64,000 nt of DNA from Podarcis bocagei. Taxonomy: Eukaryota. Made by a program: the position numbers and the translations under genes. Shown here one piece after another: positions 60,070 to 64,000 of this stretch. How positions within the stretch are numbered: the stretch's first letter is position 1; every line of letters begins with the position of its first letter. The DNA is taken from NCBI GenBank assembly GCA_964188305.1, contig OZ076892.1. One strand, written 5' to 3'. Below the pieces are notes generated by a model. That model saw nothing but the letters and a program-made list of their open reading frames with translations. It made no database searches and was not told the DNA's origin.

Positions 60070-60830
60070 TCCCTTCAGTAGCAGGGTTTTGCATAAAAGG
60101 TCTCAATTCAGTACATGGCCTCTTTAGGTCTAGAGAGTCCTAGACCTTTAAGTCCTAGAGAGCCATAGCTAACTAATATTGATAATTCTGAGCTAGATGA
60201 CTAATGTTCTGCCTTGGCATAAGGCAACTTCCTATGGTCTACATTAACAATCTTCAACTTTTTCAGATCTAGAACCTAAATTTAACAAAAAATGCATTTG
60301 CTGGCCCTTAAAGGTTTTCCCAATGTCCGGATACTGGTAGTGCTGCTATTGTCCACCACCTTCAATCAGGCAGGGATCCAGTACTGGATTCCAACCCATC
60401 AGTTGAAGACCAGTATTCTACATATGGACAATAATATACTTGCACCTATAAAGGTGAGAACCTTGACCTTATCTTTAAATGAAAATCTGGATCCAGCATA
60501 GATTAGCTCTTACATGTGTGGAATGGGTCTGTTCCAGTGGTAGAGTGCATGCATTACATGCAGAAGAACTGAGTTTTGATCCCTGACATCTCCAGATAGG
60601 ATTGGAAAAAGTCACGTGTCAGTGCAGGTAATTCTGAGCAAGATGGACCAATGGTTTGACTTGGTAAAGGTAGCTTCCTATGTTCCTAAATCATCTACTT
60701 TTGCCTGCCAAAGGACCCAGGTTCAAACCCTGGTATATCTAGTTAATGAAGGACCAGGGAACAACTTATGGGAAAGAACTCTGTCTGGCCAGTATCCTGA
60801 AGAGCTTCTGGCAGCCAGAAGTTGCTAACT
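60070..60830 (+). mobile_element. Cluster of decayed tRNA-derived SINEs (Squam2-like)
   Basis: Recurrent CAGTGGTAGAG..GCAGAAG head and CTGAGCTAGATGGACCAATGG..TAAGGCAGCTTCCTATG tail. Other copies at ~50440-50575 (-) and 61935-61998. Confidence 0.55.
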
Positions 60831-60974
60831 TTTCTGGGTGAGTAAGTCAATATTGGAAATTTGAGAATTGTGGGCTCCAGTCACAAAATGGGTGCTGGAT
60901 TAGGGGGTGTGGCATAACACAAAATGGTTGTCTTGAGTGTGTGGCATAGGCCTAAATAGTTACCAAATGTCCTG

Positions 60975-61400
60975 ACAGAACCCCCAGACTTATTTGATTT
61001 ATTTGGTAAGCCTGAGAAAAATAAAGGACAGATCGGAGATTAATTTTGTTTATGGAAGCATTGTACAGAGGCTGTCCCGGATCAATATGATTTTTGGAAG
61101 AGTACAAAATCCACATAGAATGCCAGTTTTTAACCTGCTTGTGAAAATCATCAGAGATCGCAAAGAAAGGAATTTATGATAACAACAAGAAGAGAAAGGA
61201 AGTAATAAAGGACTCTCCGGATCAAACTGGAGAGAACTGTCTAATTAATGCAGTAAGATAAGTGATGCTGTTTTGGACTCGAGCTGAGCTTGATGTATGG
61301 GTACCCCCAACAAAATTTAAAATTTGGCTGTATAATTTGGAATCAATGTGATATGGATAATGTGATGTGATTGGCCTGTTAATAAAAAAATATTTTTTAA
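60975..61400 (+). mobile_element. Possible L1/Tx1-type LINE 3' end
   Basis: Frameshifted 'RRLILF/WKH..P..DFW'-like peptide, followed by a 3' UTR, AATAAA and an A-rich tail. Confidence 0.4.
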
Positions 61401-62461
61401 AAAATGGTTACCAAATGTAAAAGAGCAGGGGGGGAAAGGTGGGACCACAAAGTGGTGAAAGCAGGCTCCCTCATCAAGGAAAAAGATACCCACATCAGAC
61501 ACCACTGCACACATTCACAGACGAAAGCTCTTTGCACCTCTCCTCTGTTCAGAGTGGAAGGAGGATGGGTTTCCAGTTCTGGCATTTGATGAAATATTAA
61601 GGGGCATGTTCAGTGCAGGAGAGAATGAGTCAATACCAACAGGAGCAGGAAAAACAAACCGTTTGCAAACACACCCCAGAAGAAGACTTGGCACACCACA
61701 CCCTATTGGAGGGGCAAGACTTATATTTATTAAAATATCACAAGATTAGAGGTGAGGCAGCCCGTCCCTTCCAAGGCAGAGTGGGGTGAGGCAAATTCCC
61801 CCCTGAGGAAGACGGGAATATAATTATCATGCATTGTCAATTTTTCAGTGGATATTTACTGAAACCTTTTTGTGGGCACCATAGGTGGTACTGGCAAGCA
61901 CCCTGGAACCCACAGATCCTACATTGCCAACACCACTGTAGACAATCCTGAACTTGATGGATCAATGGTTTAACTTAGTATAAGGCAGCTTCCTATTTCT
62001 CAGGGTTTACAAGAGAGAGAAGGCTATGGGCTGTATCCAAATGGCATCAGGAAATGACAAAGTGTGTACAAGGCACAAGGTGGCTGTATCATTGGAACTT
62101 TGGCTATTTTAGAAGTGTGGCCATCAATAATATAATCAGTAGTGTGCTATTATGATTTTCTAAAAATGATGTAGTACTCTATTTAAAAAAACACAACTTT
62201 TTCAAGGTGCAGTCAGTGTTTTCTCCCAAGGCGCATGAGAAGAATTAAGCTAACAAGACTCATTAGAGATTAATTTTCTAATCTTCAAAGGGTTCTGCTG
62301 GGCCCCAAACCCACTCATTTCAATTATGCCAATTACTGCTCCATAGAAATTACAGTTTAAAAGCATTCCTAATGACTTCTGAAGTCCCCCTGTAATATTC
62401 TATAGAACACTGTAACAAACTGTAATATTTCATTATTCACTTGATTCTATTGTTTCTAAAA

Positions 62462-62492
<31 letters not shown>

Positions 62493-62523
62493 CGTGCGTG
62501 TGTGTGTGTGTGTGTGTGTGTGT
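62462..62523. repeat. Compound (TG)n/(TGCG)n microsatellite
   Basis: Read directly from the sequence. Confidence 0.95.
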
Positions 62524-62809
62524 AACCTGGATTTTTCATTTGAATCAATGTGCTTATCATTCCAAAGCTAAATTGCTGCTTTAGGATAATTGCATTTCTA
62601 ATTTGTGATGATCCGAATAAGAAGAACTATGTATTCCTGTTTCCTTCATTCATAAACAGAAGAACTGGCTCTAAAATGCTCTGGAGGCAATACTAAATTT
62701 GATAGTGTAGAAACAGAAGTTTTTGTACAAGTTTGTGCGTATGTGTGCAATATATTTATTTGTGTGCATATGTAGTATAATCCTTTCCCTTTTATCTCAG
62801 ATATTTGCA

Positions 62810-63259
62810 ATTAGGAATGCAAAGTTCAGTTGACTTCAGTTCTCTCACTGGTTTTTTCCCTTATCTTAAACTCAGTTCCCCATGTTTTGCAGCAAGTTGT
62901 GCTTCTTTTTAAAAAAAAAAACAAACAAACAAGTCCTCAGGAAAAATTGACAGCATTTTAGTGAGAAATTCTCCTAGGTAGCACATTTCTGCAGGCAGTT
63001 TTGACTAATGTGTGCATAGTTGGAAGCAATTTCCGCAAATATGATGCATTTTTTACATTATGTTCACTAGTATTTTCATTTTATGCACACTTCCCCCTAA
63101 TATATGCATTTTTGTAAACATTGGTTGGAGAATTGCATGATCAAATTAGAATACTGTAAGTGTGATTTTTTGTTTCGGGTTGCATATTGTTTAGGAAAGT
63201 GGGAATTCAATAGATTCAGCTTTAAATGTGAACTGAAACAGATTTCTCCTCCACCCCTA
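62810..63259 (-). mobile_element. Copy of the AT-rich ~420-bp repeat
   Basis: Reverse-complement homology to 46309-46731. Confidence 0.62.
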
Positions 63260-64000
63260 CTTGCAAGTATGCAAGGTGTTTTTCACACCTTCCACCCTCA
63301 ACATTGCTGCAGCTTACCTAGATGGTGCTTGGGTGGGTGTCCTCTCTCCATTGTGTCTGTGCAGCCCCTACCTAGCTGTCACCCTGTCCCAGCAACATCC
63401 AGGTAAACTGTAGCATAGCCAGTATAGGGGTCTGTCACTCCACAGCTCTGCTCCACCACACCGGGCACAACTGCAACCCAATCCACCATGATGCTGGAAA
63501 TCCTGAGCAACTCCAAGTAAACTGCTATCCAGCCTGTACTTGACTGACGGAGAGTCTACCTCTCTTTCATGTGATTGGTTCCATTGCTCAGCTGGTCTTT
63601 CATTAAAAAGTTTCTCTGGGTGTTGAGCTAAAATCTACCCTGCTGTAACTGAAGCATATGAGATTGAGCTCTGACCACATGTGAGACAACAGAGAAGATT
63701 CCACCCCACTTGACTTTGACAGCACTCAGGGCAAAACTAGGCTTTCTGTCTCCCATGTCAAAGACTCAGTTTGGCACACACACATCCCAGATACATTTTC
63801 ATACACATATCCTCCCATGTCCTCCATACTTAAAGAAGAGTCACTAATAACACCACTATCTATGCGATCTTGAAAAAGCAAACAGATAAAGAATCAGGAA
63901 AAGCACTTTAAAAATCACAGCAAACTGCTCCTGGGAGGTGCAGCCGACTACACTACAGAGACAGTAAGCCTACATAAGATGGATTCAACTCCTAGCTGAG

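Overview
Vertebrate, repeat-rich, almost entirely non-coding window. Sauria (POM-type) SINEs, CR1/L2/RTE LINE remnants and lizard-type MITEs point to a squamate, probably a lacertid lizard. No host protein-coding gene can be supported; the window looks like a large intron or intergenic tract, with two N-gaps. The main element is a full-length Ty3/gypsy chromovirus of the Tf1/sushi type on the minus strand (11136-16739). It has a GTATC target-site duplication (TSD), 436/437-bp LTRs that differ at one site, and a gag-PR-RT-RH-IN-chromodomain region broken by stops and frameshifts. Its cis-signals are readable: an 11-nt self-priming PBS with no tRNA PBS, and a G_GGA_AAC -1 frameshift site followed by an H-type pseudoknot. 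Most notable: repairing one frameshift extends the integrase past a cage-less chromodomain into two acidic 'F...acidic...FxGF' repeats. These resemble LEDGF-IBD/TFIIS-N-domain interaction motifs (IBM/TIM). The frame then reads through the PPT into the LTR, where a Pro/Arg-rich peptide is conserved in frame in a divergent solo LTR at 25179-25628. This suggests a possibly undescribed host-factor tethering module, which is a hypothesis and not tested here. Three solo LTRs with 5-bp TSDs, several nested insertions and many MITE/SINE/LINE fragments make up the rest.
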